From assembly GCA_028534125.1 (NCBI GenBank), contig CM052818.1:40984001-41048000 (forward strand): 64,000 nucleotides of DNA. The letters run 5' to 3'. A program made the position numbers and the translations under genes. Shown piece by piece: positions 1 through 12,665 of this stretch (within the stretch, counting starts at the first letter, position 1; every line of letters starts with the position of its first letter). Origin of the DNA: Lama glama (lineage: Eukaryota). The notes beneath the pieces are model-generated. The model was not told the origin of the DNA, did no database searches, and saw only the letters and a list, made by a program, of their open reading frames with translations.

Positions 1-121
1 CCTCATTTTAACTTAATTACCTCTTTAAAGTCCCTCTCTACAGATACAGTCACATACTGACATACTGGAGATGAAAACATCCACCTGTGAATTTTGCGGG
101 GACACAGTTCAGCCTATCACA
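1..121 (-). mobile_element. MaLR (MLT1-type) LTR, 5' end; rest lies left of the window
   Basis: Minus strand starts TGTGATAGGCTGAACTGTGTCCCCGCAAAATTCAC, the typical MLT1 LTR start. It resembles the start of the copy at 51694. Confidence 0.75.
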
Positions 122-513
122 GGTACCAAGCTTGTGAAATGTAAAACTTATCTATTCAGAGACATTTTATCTTCTGAAAGGCTAGGAGAAAAATCCTCCT
201 CCTTTCATCACTGCGTTAATTAACTCATTATTTTATATCCCATTTTGAAATTAACCTCTCCTTTCCACTCTTGCCCCACCAGCTAGCATTTAGGTCATTC
301 TGCCTTGTGCTGTGGTTAACTGTGTCTTTCCGATCAGCCTGTGAGATTCTGGAGAACTGGCAGGACCGGAGAAGGAGACACACAGCTGGCATTTAATACA
401 ATTCACTCACCAAACACTGGTGCTTGCTCTGTGGCAGGCCCTCCACTCACCACTGGGTCCCACCCTGATTGTAAGGAGGTGACTGCTGTCTATCTGACCA
501 AGAATGAAACCTG

Positions 514-1226
514 TGAACTGGGGCCCCACAGGGTTAACGGAAGCCGGCCTCTTAACAGAAATCCTTTACTTACAGAACAGCAGATAAGGAAACAGCTTGT
601 TAAAAACCCCTCTGCTTGTAACCTGCCTTTACTGATTAAGCTTCTTTTAGCTATTTTTTCCCCTTCTTTAATTGCATATCCCTCAAGCTTCACATAGCTA
701 GGTAATACATCACAAGACTTCTTAGCCAACCCTATAGATAACGCCTCTGACGTATGGGTCACCATAGCAACGGGCACTTAAGTTGTTTTCCAGAAACTTG
801 GAGTCAGCTCCTCTCCAGTTCAAGCTGGCTAACGCTGGTTGGGACCAATGACCCTAAAACTGGATCAGCAGTTGTCTAATAAATAACCTTTTGATGTCAG
901 AGGGCCAAAACTTCCACCCTCAGATCATGCTAAATATCTCCATTTTTGAACGTGCATCTCACGAAGCAGCATGTAACCCAGACGCGTCTGTGCAGAACAG
1001 TGATGCCCTCACCTTTTCCCTGCCGCCAATCACCTTTCCCCATGCCCAGGATCACCTTGCTTCTTTAGCCCGTAAATGTCTCAAGCCCCTTGCCTGCGGG
1101 AGGCGGGTCTGAGGCTCGTCCTCCTCACTTGGCTGCCGTGTGAATAAGCTCTTTCTCTACTACAAACCTTGGCACCTCGGCATTTGGCTTGCTGAGTGTT
1201 GGGCAAATGAGCCTGGCTGGGTAACA
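514..1226 (+). mobile_element. Solo ERV1-class LTR in VSNL1 intron 2, antisense to the gene
   Basis: TG...CA termini (TGAACTGG...GGTAACA) with a 4-bp direct repeat CCTG at 510-513 and 1227-1230. TATA-like GTAAAT near 1072 and poly(A)-like AATAAG at 1143-1148, followed by a U5-like tail. Confidence 0.75.
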
Positions 1227-2799
1227 CCTGCATCAAACTAGCAAAAACCATGTCCAGACCCGTGTTATCCAAATCCCACTCCAGCAACTGCATGAAGGAG
1301 GGGCTGCGGACGGGGCGGATGAGGAGCTGCCACGGGAATCCAGTCGCGAGGCAGGGCTGTGTGCTGCAGGGCAGGTCAGCATCCCCATCTCTCACGTCCA
1401 TCCTGCCTCCACTCTTTTTGTGACAACATGGGCGAACTGACTCATTTTTCTGAACCTCGGTTTTAGACGGCGTTAAAACATAGACCTAATGGAATTCCTT
1501 TAGATTCTGGATACAAAGGCTCCTGGCCTTGCAGGAGGGCCTCGCCCATTCTCCTCCCCTCTTCACACCCTCATCAGCATTGACTCCACAGCAGTGAGGT
1601 GACGCTCCTGGAGGCTAAAATGTGTCAGATCTGTGACAGCCGATGCGTGGACATGCCAGCAGACCACACAGATAGGAGGGCAGAGGCCCCCAATGGCTTT
1701 GCTCACTCAGCTGGATTCCAGGAGGTCTCAATGTCCACACTGAGATAGAAGGAACTAGAAAAGTGCCTATTCACCAACATAAAGACTGTCTTGCTGAATA
1801 CTTGTACTTTTAAACAGCATTAAAGGACTTTTTTTCTTCTCAGCCCTTCTCTTGGGCCTTATTACATAATTCACGTCTTTCTCTGCTATTCTCCCTTCCA
1901 GCCCATCAGACCTGTGTTTTTTTTTTCCTTGTGTATGTGGCATATTTCATCTGTGACTCTCCTTTGTATTATGTCCTTGGACAACTCTGGAAGGAGAAGA
2001 CGACTTTGCTTGCTTGCTAGTTGATACAAGAACAGAGGCTGAGTCTGAATATGGCTTTAAGAGGCTGCCAAGAATCTAAACTCCACCTACAAAGTCATAT
2101 ATCCGCTTCCTGGAAAAGAATTCACTCTGGGCTGGAGTAGGTAGGGTAGAAGTTGGGAGTGATATTGGTACCTGAAGATGACTTGCACTATAAAATACCG
2201 AGGGGTGTTTAATGTTTATGTACCCTCTCCTCCCTCTTGAGGTGGATTTTTTTTTTTCAGGGCTGAGTACTTCCAGCATGTAAATAAACGACTTCATTTC
2301 CTGCATTTCAACTATTCCTTCAAAGGCAACACCACTCTCACTTTAAGCAAATAGTGAGAAACATGGCACACAGAGCTCTCTTAAACACAGAGTGACAGCT
2401 TGCGTGACCTTTACTGATACGGAAGTGGCTTTGACAAATCTCATTTGTCTGTACTTTCCTTGGGGCTGAGAGGGAAGACAGTTCTGAGACACAGGCTAAC
2501 TCCTGGGTGATAAAATGGTAGAAGATGTGACTTTGAAAACTACGGAGAGTAGTACAATAAGCTAGGAAAACGCACCCCATCCCACTTCTCTGCAAAAGCA
2601 ACTTATGCCAATTGAATAATAAATGCACTTCTCAGTGCTTCCATATAGAAGATCTCCATATACTAAAAACGAAATACTCAGATCTTAGAAATGTCACAGT
2701 GATCTTATAAGATGCACACATGCCACTACACGTGTACATATCTACACAGACTGAAAAGAGAGAATTTTGAGAACACCTTGAGTGTTCAGGTGGTCAGAA

Positions 2800-3350
2800 T
2801 TGGATTAATGATAAACACATGTCCCTGACACCCATTTGTGGTCCATGCTGGGTTAGTGAACTTTTATTAATGCAATAAGCACCTGCGAACCCACTGCCCG
2901 AAGCTATGGCTATGAGTTTGACACAATCTGTATCTAGCCATGTGGCCGCCCTCCTATCCCATCCCTTGCCTCTTACACACTAGATGTAACCATCATTTTG
3001 AATCCTGTGTTCATCACTGTCTTGCTTTCTTTTTTATATGATTTATATTGCATTTGTTTGTAGTCTTATAAAACCTATTTTTATCTTATTTGAATTTAGA
3101 GTATTCTGAGACTACTTTTTGCACTTAATATTTCAGCGTTGCTGCAGTTCAACTGTTTTGGCTGCTGTGTGAGTCTATCACCATTTATTTTCCACGCTCC
3201 CTTTGATGGGCATCTGGGTTGTTTCCCAGTTTTGCTATTGTGAACAGTGCAGCTATGAGCCTTACACATGTCCCTTCTTGTATATTTGCAAGGATTAGAA
3301 TTGCTGGAGCAAAGGCTATGTGAAATGTTCAACTTCAGGAGAGAATGGCA
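2800..3350 (-). mobile_element. Old L1M (L1ME-like) 3' fragment
   Basis: Degenerate antisense L1 motifs, e.g. GATGGGCATCTGGGTTGTTTCCCAGTTTTGCTATTGTGAACAGTGCAGCTATGAGC. Boundaries approximate. Confidence 0.65.
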
Positions 3351-4249
3351 ATGTTTAATATTTTACACAATCACCCCATACACATGTATGCAAGTGGATG
3401 GTTCATCTGGCTCTAACTGACATTAGCTGCACTTAAATGATAACAGCACGATTTTATATTTGGCATTTTAGTCAGAAAAAGTTAAAACAACGCCTTTCTT
3501 TCACAAGCCTCACGTTATAGACACATGAACAAAATGGAATGTCTTAGATCATGCCAAATCCAGAAACAGTACAACAGATAAACTCAGACAAACTGAAACA
3601 ATACCACTGCAGTGCAAATTATACCTTCCCCGGAACAGTTCTATCTAACGTCCAAGGGAATATTAATACCGAAACAGTACAAAATGCTGAGTTAACAGCC
3701 CACATTTTAGACCTTGATAAAATGCTAGAAGACCATCCTGGTATACCTGGATGTGTATCAGAGCTCTGTACTTCCCTCTAAATGCAAAGCTGTGGGGATC
3801 TGTATCTTTTTCTGATTTGCAAATAATGGGACCTTTCTTGGTGAAAAAGCACCCCCCACCCCATGAACTTTCTTTTTAACTGAGAGAGGTCCAGATCCCT
3901 TTAACAAGCCAAACAATGGAGGCAATTAGCAGTTTGTCAACAGTCATCAGCAAACACTATTATCTGAGATTTTTCCTGTTCTTTACCAGGTGCTGTCATC
4001 CTCTGAACTCTATTTAGTGTTTTGATTAGACAATTACTCTTCTTGTTCAGAAACTGCTTGACTTATCTGTGGAACAAAACACATCCCTTTGCATTTTTCA
4101 CAATGATCGTTTTTCTTTTTGGATGGAAAACCACCAGAGTTGAAACCAATTGGCTATTTCAAGTTATAACTATGTGAAGCTACATTTGATGAAGACAACA
4201 TTTTCCAGCCTGAAGGAAAAAAAAAAAAAGAGGTTGAAAAACAACTTAC

Positions 4250-4411
4250 CTTCACGTAGAGTTGCTGAAATTCCTCGAGATTCAGCCTCCCACTTGGACA
4301 GTCCTTGAGAAAGCCTTTGTACCACTGCTTGAGTTCATGCTCATTAAATTCTGTGCTCTTCACCAGGTCCTCCATCACTTCAGGGGCCAGTTTGCTATTC
4401 TGCTTCCCCAT
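4250..4411 (-). CDS. VSNL1: Visinin-like protein 1 (VILIP-1), first coding exon (aa 1-54); remaining exons lie left of the window
   Basis: Translates to [54 protein letters not shown]. This has the N-myristoylation motif MGxxxS and the CPSG non-binding EF-hand 1 of the NCS/visinin family, with the VSNL1-type [12 protein letters not shown] segment. 162 nt ending at a phase-0 donor AAG|GTAAGT (intron starts 4249). Confidence 0.97.
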
Positions 4412-4444
4412 TCTGCCTGAAGAAAAGCAAATTAATGCAATTAG
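4412..4444 (-). other. VSNL1: 3' splice region of VSNL1 intron 1 plus 5-nt UTR of exon 2
   Basis: Minus strand: branch point-like GCTAAT (A at 4441), pyrimidine tract TTTGCTTTTCTTCAG (AG at 4418-4417), then exon start GCAGA-ATG at 4416. Confidence 0.9.
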
Positions 4445-6919
4445 CGCTGTGGCTGTGATCATTTCAAGCTTGATTAGAAGCCAAGCTAGAGTTCCGGGCA
4501 CTCTCTTGGTTGGAAGTCCCTCCAGTGTGTCTGATCAAAGTCTCCCCAAGTCTGATTCCTTCTGTTTGGTATTCTAGAAAAGTGATGAGTGAAAAAGACT
4601 CTTCTCCCAGTTCAAAAGGCTGTAGAGGTCATTCTCCCTTTATCAAGTGTCATCTTTTACATGGCATTGACTCCCAAATGGAAAGGCAACCATCCCTTTT
4701 TATACCATTCATGTAAAGTATATGGAAACTGTTTATACCCTCCTTTTATGAACTACAACTTATTAGCACTTACTGTGCAAGTGCCTAATTCTACATTTAG
4801 TTTGCAGGAATATTAAGTGTGATTATTGGCAAGAACAGTAGAAGGGCTTTAGGGGTAAATGATCAAAAAGTGGCTTCGAAAATCTGATTAGCAATGCGTA
4901 GGGAATCTCAGTTGTTCTAGTTTCTGCTCTTTTTTTTTTCTTTTTCAAAAGGAAACAGCTCATTTTTATCAGTCACATTAATTCTCTATTTCTCTTCTCA
5001 CCTTCAGAGACTTCCTATGACATTGCCTTGAGTGTTGACGAACTCTGGGTGGCTTTTTGGAAAGATTGGTTAGTGATATGATTCAGTTGACATAATTCCA
5101 TTTTTTTATTATCACTGCTCCTAAGTAAAAATAATAGTGCATAAAATAATGTTTCCCGTATAGATTATGTGTCAGCTTGTGTGGCCAGCATCACAGCTGA
5201 GTGTAGGTGGACCCAGCATAGGTTTAGTTATCCCTGCTTTTCACTCCTGATTTGGCCATTTACTATATATGTTACTTAGGGTAATATTAATTAACTGCTT
5301 TATCTTTAATTTCTTGCTCAATAAAGCTCGCATAATAATAAAACTCTTTCAGATTTATTGTGATGACTAGTTAAGAAGTAAGTAGGTAAACAAAGACCAA
5401 AAAATACTCCAAAATTAAAATCGTTGTTGTCAGTGCAGGAAAATCAAGGATGATTTTTAAAAATGTCCCTTGAATGTTGTTGTTTTGTAACAAAAAAGAA
5501 ACGAAAAAGAAAAGAAAAATTAACCACAGAGTGATTTAAAAAAGTCAAGTTAGACTTGAAAATCTGGGGGATCAACAGAATAAGAAGAAATGTCCCAAGA
5601 TCTTCATAGTCCTGTTAGAGGAGACTGAGTTATGTTTTGCAGAATTTACCCAAGTGGATATAATCCTTCAATGTGCTTGAAACAAATTCTCTACCAGGCT
5701 CTTGGCAGGTGTATACTTGAAAAAGCCCGGAGGGGTAATCTTACCACATACCTCGTTGTCATAATACTTTTTTATCTTCTTCTAAAACAGATTCCACACC
5801 CACTGTCAGTAACCTGCCCTAACACTGAACAATTCTTTCCCTGTAATGAAACCAAACCACTCAAACTGCTTCCAGAGAAAGCGTCTTCCTTGGAAACACA
5901 GAACACAGCGAGAAGATGCTGTTAAGAGGGCCATTTGTCTCCAAACTCTTCTGTCTGAGGAAAGGACCCGAAGATCAACAACTGTGCCCCTTCCCATGAA
6001 GCTTCTCTACTTATTTTTTGCTCTTAATTTCAAGTTCCAAGTCTCTTATTAGCAACTGTCTCTTAATTATAAGTTACTGTGGGATTCCACAGTTGGATGT
6101 GGAAATCAAGTGGGTACTCAGGTGTCAGGTTTAATTAATCTGGGCAGGAAAACTATAATTCATGGTTATTCTGATATTCAAAAGGTGTGTTACCAAACCT
6201 TTCAGTACTTCTCTTTATTCTTTTCAGTAGAGAATTACAAGTTTTCATTATTGAGCTAGAACCTCACTTAACAATAGTATCTACTGAACCCTGAGAGTGG
6301 CTGTGGGGTGGTGCTATGCTGAACACATCACAAACTCGATCTCCAACCCTGTGACAAACTCAGCAGCTCTCCTGTGCTGGATCATACAGCTAACAAGTGG
6401 CAGAGCTAGACTTTGAATCTGGATCTGCAAGGTGCTGGTGCAAAATTACAGACAGACAGGTGACTGGAAGGCACTTCAGGAGAAAGAACATGAGGAGCAA
6501 ACCCTGGAAGGCTTGAGAGGCTAAAAGGGATGACAGAGGGATCACTTTGTCAGGCTGTTGTTTGGAAAAGACTGTTAGATTTACCAAAACCACAAGCTCA
6601 GAAGTGAGTTTGTATGAGTGATGGGAAAATGGATTAAGGGTTATTAAAAACCACTTCCTCCAAGTGCCTTTGAAGGTCAACAATCTGTCAGCTTCTCTTT
6701 TAAGCAAGGAAGCTTGGATTCTCCTTGGGTCATTGTAATGCCTTAAACCGTTCAGGTAACCGGGGAAACGACGGTCTCTTACGCACAATGGGAAATGTTG
6801 TCAGGACCATGAATCACAGTTTTGGAGACGCAAATGCATAAGTTCATGCTTTTTGGCTACAGGTCATGGTCAGCACCATCACTCAGGTATGCCTGGAAAT
6901 GAATGAATCATGTAGAAAA

Positions 6920-7545
6920 TCAAGTTCTGGCCTGGCTCAGATTGGCACTGCCACTGCCCTCATCAGGTTTTGCCTGGATTAATAACCTTCATTGGGCTCT
7001 CCGACTCTAACCCACTTCCTGCATGGTGCTTAAATGGATTTCTGAAATTCACCATCTCACCACCTGATCCTCTCCCTAAAACCCTCAAGAGCTCTCCACT
7101 GTCTACAGGATGTAGCCCCATCTCCCTAGCATGGCACCGCCCTGCCTACTCATGCCCTCATTCTCTGCCAATCTGTCTTTTCACTTCACACGCCAGCAAC
7201 AATCAACTGCTACAGGTCCCAGGGCTTGCATGCTTCTACACATTCATGCTTTGCACGTGCTGTTTCTGGAATGTCATCCCCTTTGTCTGCTCAGCAGACA
7301 TCTTCTCCTTCTTCAAGTAGTCTCAGCTCACATGCCCTCTGCTCTGTGAAATTGTTGCAGACTTTCCAAGGCTGACGTCCTAGGCATCTATCTCCCTTCC
7401 CTTACAAAGCCTTCTATGATCATTATGTGTTCTTCTCTGGAACTGTTAGTTGCTTGAGATGACTGCTTCTATTTTTTTTTTTTGTATCCTGGTACCTCAT
7501 CCTGGATGCGCAACAAATATTGCTCGAGGGAATGAATGAATGAGG
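6920..7545 (+). mobile_element. L2 LINE 3' fragment
   Basis: Pyrimidine-rich degenerate L2 body ending CAACAAATATTGCTCGAGGGAATGAATGAATG, the L2 3' microsatellite end. Approximate. Confidence 0.6.
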
Positions 7546-9002
7546 GGAACTGAGCCACTATGCAGTAGGTACTCACTGGTTTTCATCAAGTTATGGGATG
7601 TGGTGTGTTTCTTTCCGGGAAAATCACTCTCTTAATAATCCACATATGGAGAGAGTCAGTGCAGTCGTAAGTATGAAGTGCAGACAGCAGACGGGAGGAA
7701 TGGTTCGTGTAACTGTATGGAAAACAGCCTGCCCTCCTAGAGATTGTCTCCTTGTCTGTCTTCATCACTAAATTCTGAACAGCGAGAAGGCTAGGCCGTG
7801 TCTTTGTCTCAGCATCCCAGGACTTGGCACGGAGGTGGCACTTTGTTATGTCTGATAAGTGAACTGGTGCCCTCCCCACCTCCGCTCCTTCTGTTTTGGG
7901 GTTGGGGTGAAATGGGCCATGTAGTACCTTCATTATAAGACTGGGTAATGAAAGAAAGGACACAAATTTAACATGTTTCCTGAAAGATTCCATGACATAA
8001 CTGAGGAGGGGGGAGATTTATTCCTGCTCTGTTTCTAGTTAAATCCATAACCTCAGGCAAGATCCTTTCCTTCCATGTTGCTCAGTCTCCCCAGTTGAAA
8101 AGTGAGTGAGCTGGAGCAGATGATCTTTAAGGTCCTTCCAACCCCACCAGTCAGTGATTTGCAACCAAGTTTTGTAAATATGAAAACATGCGTCACAGAC
8201 TTCAAACTGGTTTGTCTCAAAACAGTTGGCGCATGTTGGCTCTGTGGATTCTTTACCCAAAACCTGGTTGGTACTTAAGCATTTGTTACCTAAGAAGGGA
8301 GGGGACAGGTATTGGAGTGTATTATTTTTAAGCTAGGGTTCCAGGCTATAAGATAAAAACCAGCCCAGCCTCAAATCACATAATTTCTCACGGTTTGAGA
8401 GAGAGACTGAGTGTGCTGCACAAAACGGGACTGATGGAAGGGTTCTGATGAGCAAGGCAAACGCCACCGGGAACAGGTCTGGGGACAAGGCACCAAACTG
8501 CAAATGATCACCACAAGAGACCACATTTTTGCACACTATAGTTTATAAAAGGCTTTTATGCCACAATATTTACTCATGTAACAATGCTGTAAGAGATAAT
8601 TATCATCTCTGTTTAATCGGTGAGGGGTTTGCCGCTCAGAAAGACTGAGTAGTTTACCCGAGCTCAACCAGCTCATAAAAAGCTTAGGACAGAGTGAACG
8701 AGTTCTCTCAAATCCCACTGGTTCCCTAATACAGGCTGCCATCTCCTGTTGCCTGGGTTCTGCAACCACCTCCTAACTGGTCTTCCTGCTCTGGGTTTGG
8801 CCACTCCTCATCCATTTCCTAACCTGCCTTGATAGCAGGATTTCAGAGCAGAAGAGGCAAAACATGCAAGAGTACTTTAAGGAGAGAACCGGGACACTTC
8901 CTGCAAGGGGGAAAAGGCCCACCAGAAGGGCTGAGAAACACCCATGAGCATCTTTCCTCCACAGACCCTTTTGGTCTTAAAGCGGATTCAGATAAAATAT
9001 AT

Positions 9003-9026
9003 GTGTGTGTGTGTGTGTGTGTGTGT
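9003..9026. repeat. (TG)n microsatellite
   Basis: Perfect TG dinucleotide run. Confidence 0.95.
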
Positions 9027-9954
9027 TGCCCTGAGCCTGTCTTTTGCCCATTCTGGTATCCAAGTCCACTTTCTCAGGAGACATCAAGGCTTGATGCCTG
9101 CAGTGAGGTACACAGAACAGCACGCCCAGCGTCTCCCAGGTAACCTGGCCTTCAGCCTGGCTGAATCTTGGTGAGATTCATGTAAAGATCGGCAGGGGCA
9201 AGGGTGGTGCTGAGATGCATGGTGCCACCACACATGCAGACGCACAGCAGGATGAGCAAATTGGAGGAGAAACAGTCCTGGAAATAGGGCTCAGAGTAGA
9301 GGATGAAAGAGCTTTAGGGGCTCAGGCGGGAGGCCTGTGGAACACATGACGGTGCCAGGTGTGGAAGGAGTCTTGAATGGGAGTTGAGCTGGCTCTTGTG
9401 TCAGGTTACCTGGGCCAGCCTAGAATAAACAGGTCTTCTCTCTGGGCCCTGGGATCCTCATCTGAACATGGAAATAACTGGAAGAGTCTGCTCCTGCCTG
9501 GATCCTCCTTTCTTTTCCTTTCTACCACTTGCCCGAACCGTACTCCTCCTCCAAGGCTCGGTTCCCAGGCTGTCTTCTCTGTGACACGTCTCTACACACT
9601 CTCACTACTCCCCTCTCCTCCTTGTCCTTAAAGGCATGAATTTGTACCAATAATGGCTGATGGCCTGGTTAACTGAGGAGAAAAAACTCTCTGGGCAACT
9701 CAGTTCAGTGGACATTTATAGGCATCGTCTATGAGAAAGGCCTGTGCTGGGCACAGTGGGATATAAAGAGAAGACATGGTTCCAGTCTTGAAGGGCTCAG
9801 AACCGGACACAGAAGACATTCACCTCTTGGAATACGGAGCCTGGTGAGATGGATGCTCTCAGCCGAGAGCTTGGGAGTATAAGGAACAGAGAGACAAACT
9901 CGCGCCCCATCAGGCAACTTCACCTGTGACTGGTCCCAGGTGAAAACTCTTAAG

Positions 9955-10103
9955 CAGTGTGTCCCAAACTTGCCTAATGTCAAGAATCACCCTTGGTTAT
10001 TTTGTTTAAAATACAGCTTGAGACCCGTCTCTTAGAGAGATGTCTGTACGTTTAACAAGCAACTCAGGTGAGTATGATTCTTGGTCAATTTGGGAATCAC
10101 CAA
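9955..10103. mobile_element. MER5-type hAT-Charlie MITE
   Basis: CAGTGTGTCCCAAACTT...AAGAATCACC at the left end and TTTGGGAATCACC at the right end resemble MER5 terminal inverted repeats. Confidence 0.55.
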
Positions 10104-11129
10104 TGGAAAACAGGAAGAAGAATCAAAGTAACTGGTCTAAGGGGAAAACACCAAAGCAGCACAGATTTAACCCAAGTAGCCTCTGATTCCTCACTCCTTC
10201 CCTCTGGCATCCTTGATATGGTTTCAAGATCCTTTACTGGGGAGTCACATTAAGAAATAAAAAGTTACACAACTAGGGAAGACCAAAGCTGGTGAAGATT
10301 TGACTCAGGGTCTTCTGTTTTAAGCCCCTTGGCTTTAGGTCAGAGAGTCTGAGGTCCTCCAGGATCACTCAGGGAAACTGGTGGCAGAGTGAGGGTGAGA
10401 CCCCGGTCTCCAGACCTGGCTGGGCGCCCCACCCTCCCACCCCAGCAGCGCGCAGTCCCCATGCCAAACACTCACAGCCCATAAGCCAGGAGGCATGTTT
10501 ATCTGCGTGCCAGGATGTTGAAACAATCTCCATCACCACCCCTCCTGGATCCTATAAACAAATGACATGAGGCTGCTAGTTTCCAGAGACTGTTAAAACC
10601 GCCCTGAAAACTAAGCCTCAGAGTTTCCCAGCACATTGTGTGGGGTTTTCGTTTCTAATAAAGGCAAATATCGGGCACTCTGGCTCTTCTCATCTTCATC
10701 CTCCCGAAGCCGAGTACTCACCAGCCCCCAGCAGCAGTTCCCAGCGGCAGGGAGAGTGCTGATCACCAGCTGGCCTTTTATGCCGCCTCTGGGGACCACA
10801 GCAGCTTCAGAAAAGAGGAGACGAGCTTTCTCATGGCAGTCTCGGCTGACTTTACCTCCAGTTGGGAACCTTCTGGGATTACAGCAGAGGTCCTAGCCCA
10901 CAAGCACGAAACAGGCAGGGGGCACAGACTGCATCCTTGGGGATGCAAGATAAGGCAAAGAGTCCTTATTTGACTTGTCATAAATGAGGGAAAACATTTT
11001 GATGGCAGTGGCCGTGGCACTGTTAGGGCAAGCCACAAGGGTTCTGTTCCAGAAAGAATAAAAAATAAGTACACGAAGGTGAACACAGAAGCGGGCCCCA
11101 TCCCATCCCTGATACAATCCCTTCGTTTT

Positions 11130-11760
11130 ATTTTTTTTTAATTATTTATTATTTTTTTATTGTTACTTTTTTTTTAAGTTGAAGTACAGTCAGTTACAGA
11201 GTGTCAATTTCTGGTGTACAGCACAATGCCCCAGTCTTGCATATACATATATTCCTTTTCATATTCTTTTTCATTAAAGATTATTATACGATATTGAATA
11301 TAGTTGCCTGTGCTATATTATACAGAAGAACTTTTTAAAATCTATTTTTGTATATAGTGGCCAATATTTGCAAATCTCAAACTCTGAACTTTATCCCTTC
11401 CCACCCCCTTTCCCCCAGTAACCATAAGATTGTTTACTATGTCTGCAAGTCTGTTTCTGTTTCGTAGATGAGTTCATTAGTGTCCTTCTTTTTTTCTTTA
11501 TTTTAGATTCCACATATGAGTGATATCATATGGTATTTTTCTTTCTCGTTCTGTTTTATTTCACTTAGAATGACAATCTCTAGGTCCATCCATGTTACTT
11601 TTTAAGGCTGAGTAGTATTCCATTGTATAAATATACCATTACTTCTTTATCCAGCCATCTGTCGATGGACATTTAGGTTGCTTCCATGTCTTGGCTATTG
11701 TAAATAGTGCTGCTGTGAACATTGGGGTGCATGTGTCTTTTAGAATTAGAGTCCCCTCTG
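11130..11760 (-). mobile_element. Young 5'-truncated L1 (3' end plus poly-A), sense to VSNL1
   Basis: T-rich tail at 11130-11175, then L1 3' sequence near-identical to the copies at 50703 and 57855. TSD of about 15 bp: CAATCCCTTCGTTTT (11115-11129) / CAGTCCCTTCATTTT (11761-11775). Confidence 0.9.
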
Positions 11761-12449
11761 CAGTCCCTTCATTTTCTAGAGGTGGCCTGGAGCCAGGGGA
11801 CTTCTGTCAGGGAACATAGCAAGTTAGTAACAGGGTCTAGCAGGGCCCTGGCTGCCGCACCTCGGCTATTCCACTCGGAGCTGTTGCAACGCCCAGACCT
11901 GTGATCCTTGAGCACTGAGATGGGCCAAGGGTCCTGGGACCTGCAGGACTGGGAAGAACCAATCCAGTCCCTGTGACTAGGGAGTGAAGAGTGGCCTCCC
12001 TCCCTAGGCCTTTTCCAGTTGCTTCCAGCCAAGTTCCCACCTGAGCTGTCCTACAGCCGCGACCCCAGGATGGGAGCTGCCAGTGGACACTAGCCCTTGG
12101 GTCTGACTAGGTGGTTCCAAACTAAGCCCACCTGGCAACCAGGCGGCCAGGGGCTCGGGGACTCTAATCCACAAGGGGTCAAGTGGCGCGATAAGCCCTT
12201 GGGGGGCAGACTCAACTGCCATCTTCTTCCTCCTTTCCTGGGCACAGAGAACGTTTCCTGAGCACCCGGGAAACACCACTGAGACCAAAGCCACACTCGA
12301 TGCCCAGGTGCTGGGCTACATCTTTAGGAAAGCTTCTATTCAGACTCAGTTTCCCTTGGACCCCATTTTGTGGGTTCCCTGCTCTTCCTCTCAGGACACG
12401 TCTCTTTTACCTTTCACTTGGACTTAGTTTGGGGAGGGGGGAAACGTGT

Positions 12450-12665
12450 GCTGGAGTCAGACCTGGGGTCAAATGATGCTCCCAGGGCATACAGAGTATA
12501 TGACTTTCGATAAGTTCCTTGCCCGTCAGAGCCTCGGTTTCCTCATTTGTCAAATGGAAATGATCACATTTGCTCACTGGGTTGTTTTGAGGATGAAATG
12601 AGATAACATAGTGAATTCCTTCTAACAGGGCCTTCCACATAGCAGGTGTTCAAGAAACAGCAGTG
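12450..12665 (+). mobile_element. MIR SINE
   Basis: MIR core GAGCCTCGGTTTCCTCATTTGTCAAATGG...TTGTTTTGAGGATGAAATGAGATAAC. Confidence 0.75.

Noticed and set aside
4154..4501. 115-aa ORF suggesting a VSNL1 with a hydrophobic N-terminal extension and a novel C-terminus
   Set aside because: Both extensions are intronic: acceptor at 4417 and donor at 4249 bound the real exon.
4305..4577. Plus-strand ORF overlapping the VSNL1 exon
   Set aside because: Antisense shadow of the coding exon, with no recognisable protein features.
10063..10074. Strong plus-strand donor CAG|GTGAGT (others near 53858 and 54100)
   Set aside because: Isolated consensus donors are frequent; this one lies in a MER5-like element with no paired exon evidence.
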